A stretch of DNA of 64,000 nt. Origin: Mytilus trossulus. Its lineage: Eukaryota. The notes beneath the pieces are model-generated. The model was not told the DNA's origin. It made no database searches and was given only the letters and a program-made list of their open reading frames with translations. How positions within the stretch are numbered: the first letter of the stretch is position 1; each line of letters opens with the position of its first letter. The translations under genes and the position numbers were made by a program. The stretch is from the NCBI RefSeq assembly GCF_036588685.1, contig NC_086377.1, positions 12,896,001 through 12,960,000 on the forward strand, in the 5' to 3' direction. This document shows, one piece after another, positions 27,701 through 41,060 of the stretch.

Positions 27701-30700
27701 TTTCTTAACTAATAGAGTTATACTTTTACAGTCAGTGCCTTGGGCACGTGACTATTGACATAAACACATGCATCAATTGCAGGCTCATTCTATAATTTGA
27801 ATGTCAAAATAAATACAACGAAAATACGTTATATTAAAACGTATTTAGGACATCCATGTCCTTGACGAAATTGCTTTGTATGTACATCGCAAGTCATTTA
27901 AACTTCGCAAAATGATATCCATAAGTACCAATAATAAAATATAAGGTAAACATTATTATAAACTATTGATCAAATTTTACTTTTACTACATAATGTAAGG
28001 TACTTGGTATTTACTTTGTTGTTAAGATATACTTTGGGTGTTTCTACTTTTGTATATCAATCGTATGTGGAAGGAAGGAATGTACGGTATTGATGAAATT
28101 GGCAGATTGTACTCTGTTAAATACTTTCCGTATGACTTAAAAGGCATCATCAGAAACACTGAGGATTCGCACGTGCATCATTTTGACTTTAACAGGCAAA
28201 AGGGTATGATTGCCAATGAGACAATTGTCCACCAAAGTCAAAATAAAGTGGATGTGAACAATTTTAAGAAACCGTTCGGCAATCAACATTGATAAAAACC
28301 GATACTGTATGGTCAGCTTTAAAAGGCCTCGACATGAAAAATATGAAACCAATACATTGAGAAAACTAACACCCTAAATTACGAACAACAAGTATAACAA
28401 ATATAAAACAACTATATTCTACACCCTTGGTTTACTGTCTTTGTGATATTATCGTATATGCTTACTTGAACTTATTAATCTGTTGTCTGAGATGCATGTG
28501 TTAAGCCCTGTATAGCCTTATGAAAGCCGTACTATGACCTATAATGATTTACTTTTACAAATAGTTTGATTGAGAGTTGTCTCATTGACATTCAAAACAC
28601 ATCTTTTTTTTTTATCTATTTACACATGTTCGTCTGCTTGGTCCTTTTACCATAGCATGTATGTTAAGGTTTCATCAATGTAACGGAACTTTAAACAACT
28701 GTCTTGCAAGTTGAAAGATGAGCTATCTATGAAACCAGGTTGAAACTACCATTGTTTTCGGAAAATGCCTGTACAGCCCCAGAAAATATAGCAATTGTTT
28801 TTTCGCCTGTTCCTTAGTTTGATATCCTTTTATTTGTCAGTTTTTTTTAACATCTCCCATTTCGCTCTCAAATTATGCTCATTATGATATGTTGCATCGG
28901 AATCACTTATATTAGTAAGTCATATGCACAAGACGTATGATCAATAATATACACTCTACGATATTGATTCTTTAAACACATCTGTATCATCAACGCGAAT
29001 GTGCAAGTGTGATATAGAGATTATTTTTGTATGTATAATCATACTGGATGTAAACATGTATGTTATTAGTTACTGTACATTTGTTGTATCGGGTTTACAA
29101 ATAAAACTAATGTTAAGGTTGCTATAATTTAAGTAAAAGGTGCAGTATAAATACATCAACGTCCCTTTTTTTTGTTGTGTGTGCGGTTATATTATATTAT
29201 GTATGTACACTCAGTGTGTACTAACGTGTTGTTTGTGTAACTGATTAGCCGGATTGACTCGTGTAAAAGAATAACTAGAAATCGTCGACATACTTAAGCT
29301 CTTAGGATGGACGACAGCAATCCTTTTAATTTCAGATTTTGAACATTTAATCACACATTTTATCAGGTTTGCCTTTCGGTTTTTGTTTGTATACATGCAT
29401 AAGGCACTTGTTTCCTTCTTTCTTTTGAATGATTTTTTTATTCATATGGCAGGGGGGGTTCGAAGATTGCTATGCGGTATGGAAGTACGTACGGTGACTT
29501 TTGGCTGTTAAAATCTATGTCATTCAATATCTTGTAGAACATTGTCTCTTTGCAATAATATCGAATCTCCTTATTTGTATACTAAGCATAAACATTGGAA
29601 AACGGCTTGCGTAATTACTATGATGTTTTTTACAGGTCAAAGGAATATGTTGGATATACTATAGGATCAAATCAAATTCAACAATAAATTTATAAGTCAG
29701 CTATATAGAGGTGGCACGGTAGTCTGTACATTCCGGAATTTAGGCTGCTCCTTTGTGTGCCCTACTTTCGTCAAATGTATCTGAACAGTGTGATCGGACA
29801 CACAATACAGTATGTACTGAACATTCTTTTCAACACTGAAAGAATCAGATGTATACACAAATAATATATGAACACATACAGGTGAGTTTTTGATATTTTG
29901 TTTAAATTTTGAATTCAATGCATGGTATAAAGTACAATCACAAAAATACTGAACCCAGAGGAAAACCCAATCGGAAAGTCCACAACCACATGACAAAATC
30001 AAATAAAAAAACACATAAAAAACGAATGGACAAGAACTGTCATATTCCTGACCCGGTACAGGCATTTTCAAATGTAGAAACATGTTGGATCAAACCTGGT
30101 TTTAGAGGACCTGTCTGATAGTTTAAAAAAAAACAAGATTTTTTGGCTAAAGTTGGGATAGTCAGTTTATAAAAAAAACCATATGAATAAATGATTGACA
30201 TGGAGATGTACTAGAAAGAAACATTAGATATATATTTCAGAAAGCAAAAGAAGTCGTAAAATACCTTTGCATGACAGATTACTTCATAAAGCAATGCCAG
30301 CTAAAATATTTAAGTTAGTTTAAAGCAATGAAAACGGTTAATAGTCGCTTTGAAGCATTATTCATACACAATCGTCAAATATAAAACTTTAATTTGACTG
30401 TTTTATGAAGAAGCGTCACATTTTTTGTTTGTTGGAAGCAACTAGTAGAACTTTATAACATTAAAAATGCTCTGATCTATAGGCTTTTATTAATACATTG
30501 ATTGAAAGTTCATCAAAGAAAAATTATACCGTATTTAATCAATATATAAAATTTCATTTTATAAACTACTTAAGATTGTTACGCTTCGCATGTTATGTAT
30601 TGAATAGACATACATCCTGGATGTTTGTTAAAAGACCAAATTTATAATGAAATATTTAAATTTTAAAAATCTGAAAGAGAGCACACAACTTATTTTGGCA

Positions 30701-30945
30701 GTTATATTTAAATAATTGTTGGAGATTACTATGCTTTAATAACAAATCAATTATGTGTACTATCATATGTTAGGAGAAATTAAATACGCTTACTAGTCAC
30801 ATATTATTTAACTAACAATACATGTACTTCCTTCTTTTGTCTTATTCACATAAAGTTTTGATGATGTTAAATGAAAGTCTAACAACTGGTGTGGTTATTC
30901 CAAAGAATCGTCTATAATTTTACGAATACTGATATAGTCCCTTAA

Positions 30946-33624
30946 GGGCAGCCGATACAGTTTCAAGGGAGTTAACTCTTGGCGCGACGTTAACCGTTTG
31001 AATTTCCGCAAAACGCCACTTTTTTCAGGACGTAATGCGTGTAATTTTCCGTAATAAGAAACGTAATGTGGATTTTTCGATGCTCCAATTTCTGTATCTC
31101 CCGCATCTAACTTCTAAACCATTAATATTAGTGCAGTTAATTCTAACAAGATAACAGTCTAATAAAACCATAAAAATAAAAAAAAAATACAGTTTCTGTG
31201 AGATCTTCAACAAAATATCGGATAGTTAGCAATCTCAAGATGACTGACCCTTTTGGTGTTACTTATATAATGCATGTCAATTATCATTTTTGATATGAGG
31301 AAGGCGCTACCTTAAGTGCCAGCTTAAGACCATGTCCTATAAATTGATTGATCGTTGGTTGCTTAACGTCCAGTGGCAAATATTTCATGCAAACATTTTG
31401 ACTGGAAGTATTATGGTATACAAATGTCCGGCTTCCGTATGTCCGTCGTAAACAAGGTAGCATATTATCATAATGCTCTGGTTGTTTATTTCATGATGGT
31501 CAAACGATCTGTATTCTTTTTGGTAAAATGTTTGAGTAACCAAAACAGGGATGTTTTTTTCACATTCCGCACTGTATTTCAAAAACGATTTATGATTATT
31601 GCTAAAAGCTTTACACACATCTTTTTTTTTTTAGAGTTATTGAGTTTATAAAAAAAAGAGAGGGTATTCACATGTCACGCCGTATCTTAAAAACTATAGA
31701 AAATTATTGCATAAACAAAATCACATACTTGTTAGTTAAATTATTCTTAGGATCTGAACTACAATTTGGTATCATAGAAACACGTTGTTATATACAAACA
31801 TCCTTTTAAGCAAGATAAAGGAATGAGTCAGGATATACTTCCAATGACTTCCTGTACCATCCCGTGTTGTTTTAAAAACATTTATTATGCTGTTTTGTTC
31901 ATAAGACGACGATCGTATTATGCGCTCGAAGTGCAGCTGTTTATTTTGTTCTTTTATTTCTTTTACAAATATATTAGAGAAATGACGGAATGACAGCAAA
32001 TACATTGCAAATTCCAATTGATATATCTAATATTTCCGAACTAACTCTGTTAAAGAATAGTTGATATGCACTGATTTTCGAACGTGTCCATTCGATATCA
32101 GTTTAATAGAAATTTGGCAAGAATTGTACACTTGAAAAATCTAATGAACCATCAGGACCGGAAGGACAAACAGATGAATGAACGTGCGATATTTTATGTA
32201 CTCCGCAATGCGTCGCGCTGTGGTGAAAAAAATATATAGTTACTGTATAATTTATTATGGTATAGTTTTTTTTCTGTCTGGACAAAAGTATCTTTTAGCA
32301 TATTAAAGATTCTCCTTCATCATGTTCATAAGATTTCGTTTTGTTTTCTGACCAAAAAAAAGAAGATGTGGTATAATCGCTAATGAGACAATTCTCCACA
32401 AGAGACAAACATGACACAGAAATTAACAACTATAGGTCACCGTACGGTCTTCAACAATGAGAAAAGCCCATACCGCATAGACAGCTATGAAAACTGTCAA
32501 TTTTAAAACTGTTTAGGAGCCTCCCGATTTTATTCAATTGTTATCATTGACCCGAATACAAGTTTAATTTTATGAATGAATGTGAAATCCTAAAAAGTGA
32601 TTAAACGTGAATAGAGGAAATTAAAAGAGTATTGTAATGAAACAGCAGCCCACCAAACAAAACGAAAAAAACAAACATTTAGAGGTCAACATATGGTATG
32701 AATTTATACATACGTTAATACTGGAGTGTGTACAGTACATGTACCTGTATGTCAAGTTAATTCTAAATTGCCGAGTCTTTAATTTTAAAAGCCGTAAAAA
32801 TTTTTAACAGTCCGTAATCACTTTTCTTGAGATATTTCTCACTAAGACACAAACAAAGAGATGTATTTCTGATTTACAAGATTTTGTTTCCGAAAACAAT
32901 ATTCCCTATTTATAGGTAACTCTTTACAAGCAATATTTATACATAGGAAAAATGTCGCAGGTAATTTGCAGCGATAACGTCGAAAAAGTCTGCCAACGAC
33001 GTCGTGCACTTTAGCGCTAACGTTGAGGTTTCAAAGGGGAAACGCAATTTTTAGGATAAATCGCGTTTACCATAGAATCCAGCACGGTGACATATATTTT
33101 TTATTTGAGATTTGTAGAAAGTATGACAAAATGCAGTTTATGCAGAAAAATGATAAGAATGACATTTTCAGAAACACTTTATATCCATATTATTTTGATT
33201 AAACAAATACCACTTTCAGCATCTGGTCCGCAAGGTCAAGCAAGGCTTGAATAATTGTATAGTCATTCGTGGAGGGATTTTTTTTCCTTATTGTCACTTA
33301 TCACAGCTTCAATTCGAACCCGATCTTAATAATTCACGACGAATAATATTTGCTCCAAAAATTTTATATTCAATTCTTTATTACTTTGAGCAAATGATGC
33401 TCATCAGTACAAATATAATATATATGCAAACACAATATATCATAAATAAATACACAAAACATACATAACTAATAAATGAATATATCAGTGCTTACCTTTT
33501 TTATAAAATTGCACAAATCCCCAATTTTTAGCCTCACTTTTTTCGAAAAAAAACTCGCCAAGGCCTTCAACATATTTCAAAACTATAAAAATGACATTAT
33601 ATTGAAAAACTGTATCGGATGCCC
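30946..33624. mobile_element. Kolobok/piggyBac-type (TTAA TSD) element, ~2.7 kb
   Basis: TTAA|gggcagccgatacagtt ... aactgtatcggatgccc|TTAA. Copy A keeps only the right end (to 19709); its left TIR is deleted. Confidence 0.75.
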
Positions 33625-34770
33625 TTAATAGACCTGTAAATGATGACATACGCTCTTCTATCAAACATTATACTTACACAATGACGGAGACACATATCGA
33701 TATCGGTGTAAGCTAGGGAATAAAACAATGTCCTAAGTAAACATGACTTGACTACTTTCATGACTTTCTTGAAACAAATGTACTCAAATTATACTTTTCC
33801 AATTATATAATAATGGCACACCAATTTTGTCTTCGCAAAGACGTTTTGTTTGAAGGTATAGTTCATATTTGAGAGTCTTGAATTATATCTTGAAAAGATA
33901 AACTGTCTTAAAATTATCAATCTTATGATTGAGCGGTATTGTTTAGTAATGGTAACTCATGTCTAGCATATTTCAGTGATATACTTAACACCAACAGAAA
34001 CAGACTGGTGTGCTATCGGAAATGACGTTAGCAAGGGTCCGTGTTTTTCTTAAAGTTTGAACAACTAAACACATTTTCTCTCCGATACGACATTATGTTC
34101 ATGAAGGTGTCAAAAACTGTTAATTGTTTAAGTGTCCATAAACATGCATTATAAAATATCTTCATCGGGACAAATATGACTTAATTTATCCTTTCCTCGT
34201 ACAAAATGTATACGTGTTAGAACATACGTCGATACACCAGCAAATACAGGACAAATGCATATGCTTCATTAGATCATGTGCACTATTCACGCATCAGGAT
34301 ACTTGCCCGGATCGAGGTAAACGTTTCTAGCAGATTTGCTTAGGATAATGAGCAAGACCCGATCTCAACTGAAACTAAATTTAAATCAAATGCACAATGA
34401 ACTATCTTTATCGGTATCATCTTGATTTAATTAATGATTTCTTTACATACGTGTTATACGATACGTCGATACGAATACGACAGACCATACGTGAATAATG
34501 CAAATGCTCTCTTGGGGACAATCAAAATAACGTATTTAACAAATTGAAGACATGTAACGTAATTGAAAGAAACAAAAGTATACATTTATTATAGAAATAC
34601 AGATAAGTCGTAACATATACATGCCTGTGCATGTAGATTTAGAATAGTACTCACATTATACGTTGCAGCTAGTAAACTTACAGTTGTTTTTAAATGTTTT
34701 CCTCACACTTTTAATAACGGAAATGATATGACTAGTAGTCTTTTTAAATCATTTATCAATTTTATATATA

Positions 34771-35737
34771 TGTTCCGGACCATATGAGTATTTGGACCAT
34801 ACGCGTATGGTCATGACCATATGCGTATACTCATATGGTCCGACCATACGCGTATGGTCCGACCGTAAACGTATGGTCGGACCATATGAGTATTATACTC
34901 GTTTGGATATTAACGGGCCGGACCATATGAGTATTTGGACCATATAGGTATTTTTTCAAACATACAATAGAAATAATACGTATTAATTTTACATTTCAAA
35001 AGCTACATAAACATTAAATATTGATGCCACAGCCAGTTGATCTTAGTTTTTATCGCTAATTGTATTCGTGTATGCTTTTGTATATTTAGAATGACATTCA
35101 AACGGTACCATACATGTAGCTTTTCTGCGATTGCTTGTTTTGGCTGCGTGCACTGATATCGACTCGGACAATTCCGAAGTGTCTACGGTGTTTTTAAGAA
35201 ACTTTAGATCTCCAATATTGTAAAATTAATATCACAGATCAAATTAAATAAAGGCAGTATAGCTATTGCATGGCACTTACATGATATTTTACCGGTCTTA
35301 TAATTAAGATTAAAATAGAAGTATAGAAATAAAGAATAGAAAAAAATAAAGAAACATACAATTTTAATATTTTACTTATAAAAAATGTCTTAAAAAATAT
35401 CTTGATCTTTAAAAAATATAATGAACATTGCCGATGATATCACCTACTTTAAACAATAACATTCCTTTTACAATATGTTTTGACATCTTCTTATAATTGT
35501 ACTTACAAATAGTAAGTATAATTAACTGTGTAAACATGTTTTTTATAAGTTTTTTTTAACATATGAAAAAATTACATTTTTGTGACGTAACATCCAGTAG
35601 AGTCACACCTAATGAAGAGTTTAAAAGTATACGTGTTGATTACCCCGACCATACGCGTACGGTCCGACCATATGAGTATATACCCATATGGTCATGACCA
35701 TACGCGTATGGTCCAGACACTCATATGGTCCGGAACA
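34771..35737. mobile_element. Non-autonomous TIR DNA transposon, TGT...ACA ends, TATA TSD
   Basis: TIR tgttccggaccatatgagt / actcatatggtccggaaca; subterminal gaccatacgcgtatggtc palindromic repeats. Empty site ttttatatatacactc in copy A (~21077-21092). Confidence 0.93.
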
Positions 35738-37115
35738 TATACACTCATCAAACATACAACACTACTTTTGCATCTTTTCAGAAGAAAGCTTGACGTATTT
35801 TGTTTAAAGTAAAACGTATTTGAACTTGGATGATATTCAAAATGCTCTGCTCTAAAGGTTTTAAGAAATGAAAGGATTAAAATTCATATGAAATGTCAAT
35901 ATGAAAATAAATAAAACTTATTACTTTTCACATTGTATAATATATAGACATGCTTCAAGGATCTTGATTAAAAGACACAAACACAACTTGGCATAATATT
36001 TCATTGGAACACTTTAAAACTTACTTCAAAATAATTAAATTGCATTTAATTTTCTGAAAGAAACCATATAACTCTATTTATACCTTTTTACAGTGGTATC
36101 AACATACGCCGTTAGAGGTTACTAAGCAACGAAAACACATTGCGTGTGTGTTATATAGTAACTTTAATTTTGGAACAATCCACTACGATTACATTCTTCT
36201 TATCACAGGGCGCAGTTTATAGCGTTTACCATCATGGTCATTTCAAGGAAGAGATCATACAAAAAACGACATTTTCTTGATGAGTTTATAGTACTTAAGA
36301 TATATCTGTTTATTCTGTTATAAGATCGCCCTTTAGGTATCATACTTTAACAATAAATAAGACCCATATCGATGTTTTGTAAGTTTTGTGTGGGACAATG
36401 ATTTAGGTAAACAAGAAAATACTACCTTTATGGTTTTAAAGCTAGCATACACAAATAAAACTTGACAAAATACAGCAATTATATGAAGTGTTGATCACTT
36501 CATCAATTCCCTCTGTGTAAAGTCTTGTGATTTGATAGTGCTTTGCTTCAAATTGTGAATAAATAAATCGTCAGTATATCGTTTGAGTAGGTTATGAGCG
36601 TGTCTAATGAGTATTATGTAGACGAAACGCGCGTCTGGCGTACTAAATTATAATTCTTGTACCTTTGATAACTATGTATTCTTTATGACAATTCATTACA
36701 CTCAACTATATGAAAACATTTAGTTTAAAGGTAATGTACTCTATGAACCTCTTGGACAGGGATGAATTACGCATGACCAAGCGAGGAAAAGAATGTCAAC
36801 AATGACCAACATTGAAAGTGAAAAAAGGGCAGACAGTTGCCTTATTCCATCTACAAAAAACTATACAGATGAATACTATTATTCAAACACGTGTTTTACC
36901 TCTCATATGAAATCAAACAGACATAAACAATCAAATTGCAAGAGTAAGCTATCTATTTTTATCTATGTGTATATCGACTTACATCATACGTCCTAATTAT
37001 AATGTAAGCACACTTATTACTTAGATTACAGGTAAATGTTGCTCTCACTTGATTAGGCAGTGCACTAATATATATATGTATTACACGTGTTTTTAAATTA
37101 TAATTTTTTTATTGC

Positions 37116-37665
37116 ATGGTGGACATAACGGCTCATGAGATGTTACCAGATCAAAAACTTAAACAATTGACAACGGCATTTGGAAACAACTGTGGTGGAA
37201 ACATGGAAGTAATTTCTGGTTCAGAATTTCTAAGGGTTTACCGAAAGCGGTATCCATATTCCTTTCTCTATCTACTCAGATGTTTCGAATCAACGAAAAA
37301 AACCGTTTAGTCTAGTAAATCAGCGTGTGTAAACGTTACCAGGTTACCGTACCATATACCAATCTCAATTATTTTTGTTTATTATAACTTATGAGAAATC
37401 CTGTATGAGTTTTTTCCAGCGAAATTCAATAGAGAAATAGAAAAGGTAGATAAAGATAAAATTCGAATTCAATTAGATTACGCAAAAGACCAGATGTATG
37501 AACTCTGCAAAGAAATAGTATTGCTTATTAATAAAGTATTTCGAAGAGATTCTCTGAATAATTTTAGAAATATACTCCTTGCAGTTTTAAAAAGGCCCAG
37601 TTGATTTGGGTATTAACCTAATATCTTTTTGTCCCGAACTATTATATATTCTTACGGCGTACTAC
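37116..37665 (+). pseudogene. HSPA12: HSPA12-like pseudogene fragment (duplicate copy)
   Basis: ORF MVDITAHEMLPDQKLKQLTTAFGNNCGG...FESTKKTV plus downstream LAVLK/SRTIIYSYGV remnants. Confidence 0.75.
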
Positions 37666-39218
37666 CTGCTTCAGGTTAAAAAAAAACCCAAAAAACAGCG
37701 CGTTAAAAAATATTGTTCGTACGAAGCGCTTTTCTTTGAATGTGTACTTTAAAACGAGTGAAATATTGAATTTGAAATAGATTGACCAATCTGAAAATTA
37801 GAGAAATTTCAAAAGTTCAATTTACGAACACAGCCACCTATATGCTAAACTACACTGACAATATACAATAACTATAGATAGGCACCAAATGTGATTATCA
37901 TAAACAATATGTTTAGTTGTACATTTATAATGTTTTACTGAGTGGGTTGTTGCCTTATATTCAAGATAAATAGAGTAACATATATATTTCTTCGTGCAAT
38001 TTTAATGAAATGAGGTTGTACGGGATAAACCACCCATTGAATCTTTAATCACTGTTTTATCATTCTTCCCTGGCATTTAGCTGTAAGCTTTTATGAAACA
38101 GAGAAAGAAGCGATTTGCTAATTAAAAAATGAAAATAATACATTTAAAATGCCGTCGGTACGAAGCGCTTTTCTAGATTTTTTTTCATCATGAACGTTGA
38201 AAGCCAAATCGTGGAAAACACATGATGTATACAAACAGAAACAGTTGAAGAGCTATAAAACTGGACATACATAAATAGCCACAATCAATTAAGGTCATCT
38301 TTACTTGAAGTAATTGAAATCTAAGTTTCTCATAATTTAAGGTATTCACCAAGTGTTGAAAGGTTTGTTATAAATCATTTTAATAACGTAAGTACAGACT
38401 ACTGGGTTGAATTGCAGATTAAAATAATTTAGGACTGCAGGGAAGATTAATTATGTAGTTTTATAGCATAGACCTCTATAAAAAGAGGGATAACTTTATA
38501 CTGTAAATGTTTAACATGTCTCTGTAGTGCTCAGTGGTCAGATTTCCGAACTTAATTATTCTATAATTGTTTAAATTATATATCACCATTTAACTAATGA
38601 CTAATGAGTCAGTAAATTTAATCGTTCGGGGTTAGCACAAGTTTGTGTATATATGCCATGTGTTTGCTGCTTCTAATCATTATATTTTGATTCGTAAATA
38701 TGATACCGTATACTTTTGGTGATATCTAAATTGATATGAGTGCTATTTTCTTTAATCTTGTGAAATTTGAATTAATCTGTTTGGATGATTTAGATTGCAG
38801 TATTTACTGAGCAATTTGAGGTAACTAAAAAGGTTAACTATTTTTTTTTTTTTGTGGTTTCATTTTTTTTTTAATTCATTGTGACATTGTGAATGACGGG
38901 TGATGTATGCATAGCAGGGGATTAGCTCTTGTTTGAGTTATTCTGATTTCCTAATTTTTTTTGTTTGATGCTTTGATTGTTTCTTTTTAATATAATTACA
39001 AAATTGAAAACCAGTAAACTATTTTCACATTAATCTTAAAGAGTATTAGCAGATATTGAGACAAATAAATAACATTTGATTTTGAATGCTTCACATATTT
39101 TCAAATTAGATTTTTTTTATTTTGTCTAATATATATTGTACAGTGTCACATCTTTCGATTTTCCTGACATGGAAAGGTAGCACTTTATATATAGGCAACC
39201 AAACGCTGAATTGTAAGA

Positions 39219-39310
39219 TCAGTCTAGGTAGCCGAGTTGTCATGCAGGATGTGTTATCACGATATCCCAATCCCATGAGTTCGAATCCCTGCGAGGGAAG
39301 AAGCACATTT
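39219..39310 (+). mobile_element. tRNA-derived SINE head remnant
   Basis: A-box-like ggtagccgagttgt and B-box gagttcgaatccc. Does not fold as a full cloverleaf. Confidence 0.5.
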
Positions 39311-39316
39311 AACATT

Positions 39317-39792
39317 GGACCATTCCAGTTAATTTCTGACAGATGGAGATGGATGGGGAGATTTTTGTTCATACCTATCAGATAAAAACATGATGAAAAA
39401 CTACCTATCAGATCTATAAATTAAGACCTATCAGATGTAGAGTTTCTGTTCATATTGGGTGGATGGGCTTTCATGGGAGAAATTGACCTATCAGAAATTT
39501 TACTGCAAGGATTGTACCCACCAGCATTTTAAATCCAATACCAGGTAATGCATAATACGAAACTGTCTACATTCCAAAGCACCCCTAAGATATGAAATAG
39601 GTATTTTTTTGTAACCCCTAAGATGTAATTATATTTAATTATTTACTGTTGCAAGACCCCTCAGAAATTGTTGCGTAAAAGTGTACCTGTCAGATGAAAA
39701 GACCCAAAAGTTCACCCCTAAGATGTATAAATTTTACACTCCCCAGAAAAGACCATCCATCCCCCATTATCAGATATTAACTGGAATGGCCC
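39317..39792. mobile_element. MITE with 3-bp TSD (PIF/Harbinger-like)
   Basis: TIR gg(a/g)ccattccagttaat at both ends, ATT on both flanks, internal acctatcaga repeats. Confidence 0.8.
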
Positions 39793-39990
39793 ATTGGTGT
39801 GGTGTTATGTTGTTATATAAGTAAAATATATTCATTTATTTAAAGCAAATAAAAATACAACTAATACTATACAGTTTAATTACAAAATTGTTTAAAAATC
39901 CTGATGAAATTTCAGGATAATACAAAACGTGATATATCATGTATATTTCATATTTATTTTATTTTTGTATTACTTACTTTATTATTTTAG

Positions 39991-40144
39991 ATGGCTCCAG
40001 AAAAAGAGATTGTGTCTACCAGAGACATATGTATTAGAACAAAGCAACACAAGCGGCCAATTCTTGCTTTTATATGTGGTGTAGTCCTCACACTAGTGAT
40101 AGTTGTTCCACTCATAGTATCAAGATCTCCGTCTTCCGAAAAGG
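39991..40144 (+). CDS. Exon 1 of a type-II transmembrane protein gene
   Basis: ttattttAG acceptor directly before ATG. Basic KQHKR is followed by the TM helix PILAFICGVVLTLVIVVPLIVS. Phase-1 donor AAG G|GTAAAT. Confidence 0.75.
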
Positions 40145-40649
40145 GTAAATTATATTTGTTATCCTGTATACATTTTATTTCAAGACACATACACACAAGG
40201 ATAGTTGTCTCAATGACAATCATACAAAACTTTCTCATTTATATCAAATGTCTTATAGCTAAATGTATAGTGTTAGCGTTAATGATTATACTGTTAATGA
40301 TCCGGTTCCCGACCCCTTTAGGATTCATGAGGAGATAGATATGAGTCTTATCGAATTAGAATATTTACCGGTTTTGTAACAACATAAACAACACGACGAG
40401 TGACACATATGGAGCAAGATCTGTTTACCTTTTCAGGAGCTCACCGAGATCACCCAAAATTTTGGTGGGGTTCGTGTTGCTTAGTCTTTAGTTTTGTATT
40501 TTGTGTCTTGTGTAGTATTATTTGTCTGTTTGTCTTTTTCTGTATTAGCCATGGCGTTGTCAGTTTATGTTTTATCTATGAGTTTGACTGCCCCTCTGAC
40601 ATTTTTTGCACCTCTTTTACACTTATAACGTTGTATGTGCAAGCACTTT

Positions 40650-41060
40650 TAGTACACAAGACGCGCGTTTCGTCTACATAAGACTCATCAGTGACGCTCA
40701 TATCACTATGAAGCCAAACAATTATAAAGGTGACGAGCATTGAGGATCCAAAATTTCAAAAAGTTGTGCTAAATACGGCTAAGGTAATCTATGCCTGGGA
40801 TAAGAATATCCTTAGTTTTTTTCGAAAATTTCAAAGTTTTGTAAACAGGAACACCGAAGTGTCGACTTCTGGGATGGTGATACACTCGGGAACGAAATGT
40901 CCACCAGCAGTGGCATCGACCCAGTGTTGTAAATATTTATCAAAAGTACCAGGATTATAATTTAGACCCGCGTTTTGTCTACATAAGACTCATCGCTTAT
41001 ATCAAAATATTTATGAAGCCAAACAAGTACAAAATTGAAGTGCATTGAGGATTCAAAATT
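40650..41060 (-). mobile_element. Non-LTR retrozyme, ~1.3 tandem monomers (period ~305 bp)
   Basis: gtctacataagactcatc repeats at 40672 and 40977, each as part of a hammerhead. Downstream atgaagccaaaca...gcattgagga also repeats. Confidence 0.8.
40655..40697 (-). ncRNA. Minimal type-I hammerhead ribozyme
   Basis: Minus strand: gcgtca-CTGATGA-GTCT-TATGT-AGAC-GAAA-CGCGCG-TC-ttgtg. All core nucleotides and the GUC cleavage triplet are present. Confidence 0.8.

Larger units (their letters stand above)
25461..38980 (+). repeat. Segmental duplication copy B (~13.5 kb)
   Basis: Colinear match to 9678-24250 with scattered substitutions and several large indels. Confidence 0.95.

Noticed and set aside
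39219-39310. Possible tRNA gene
   Set aside because: A B-box is present but there are no consistent acceptor or anticodon stems. Treated as a SINE head.
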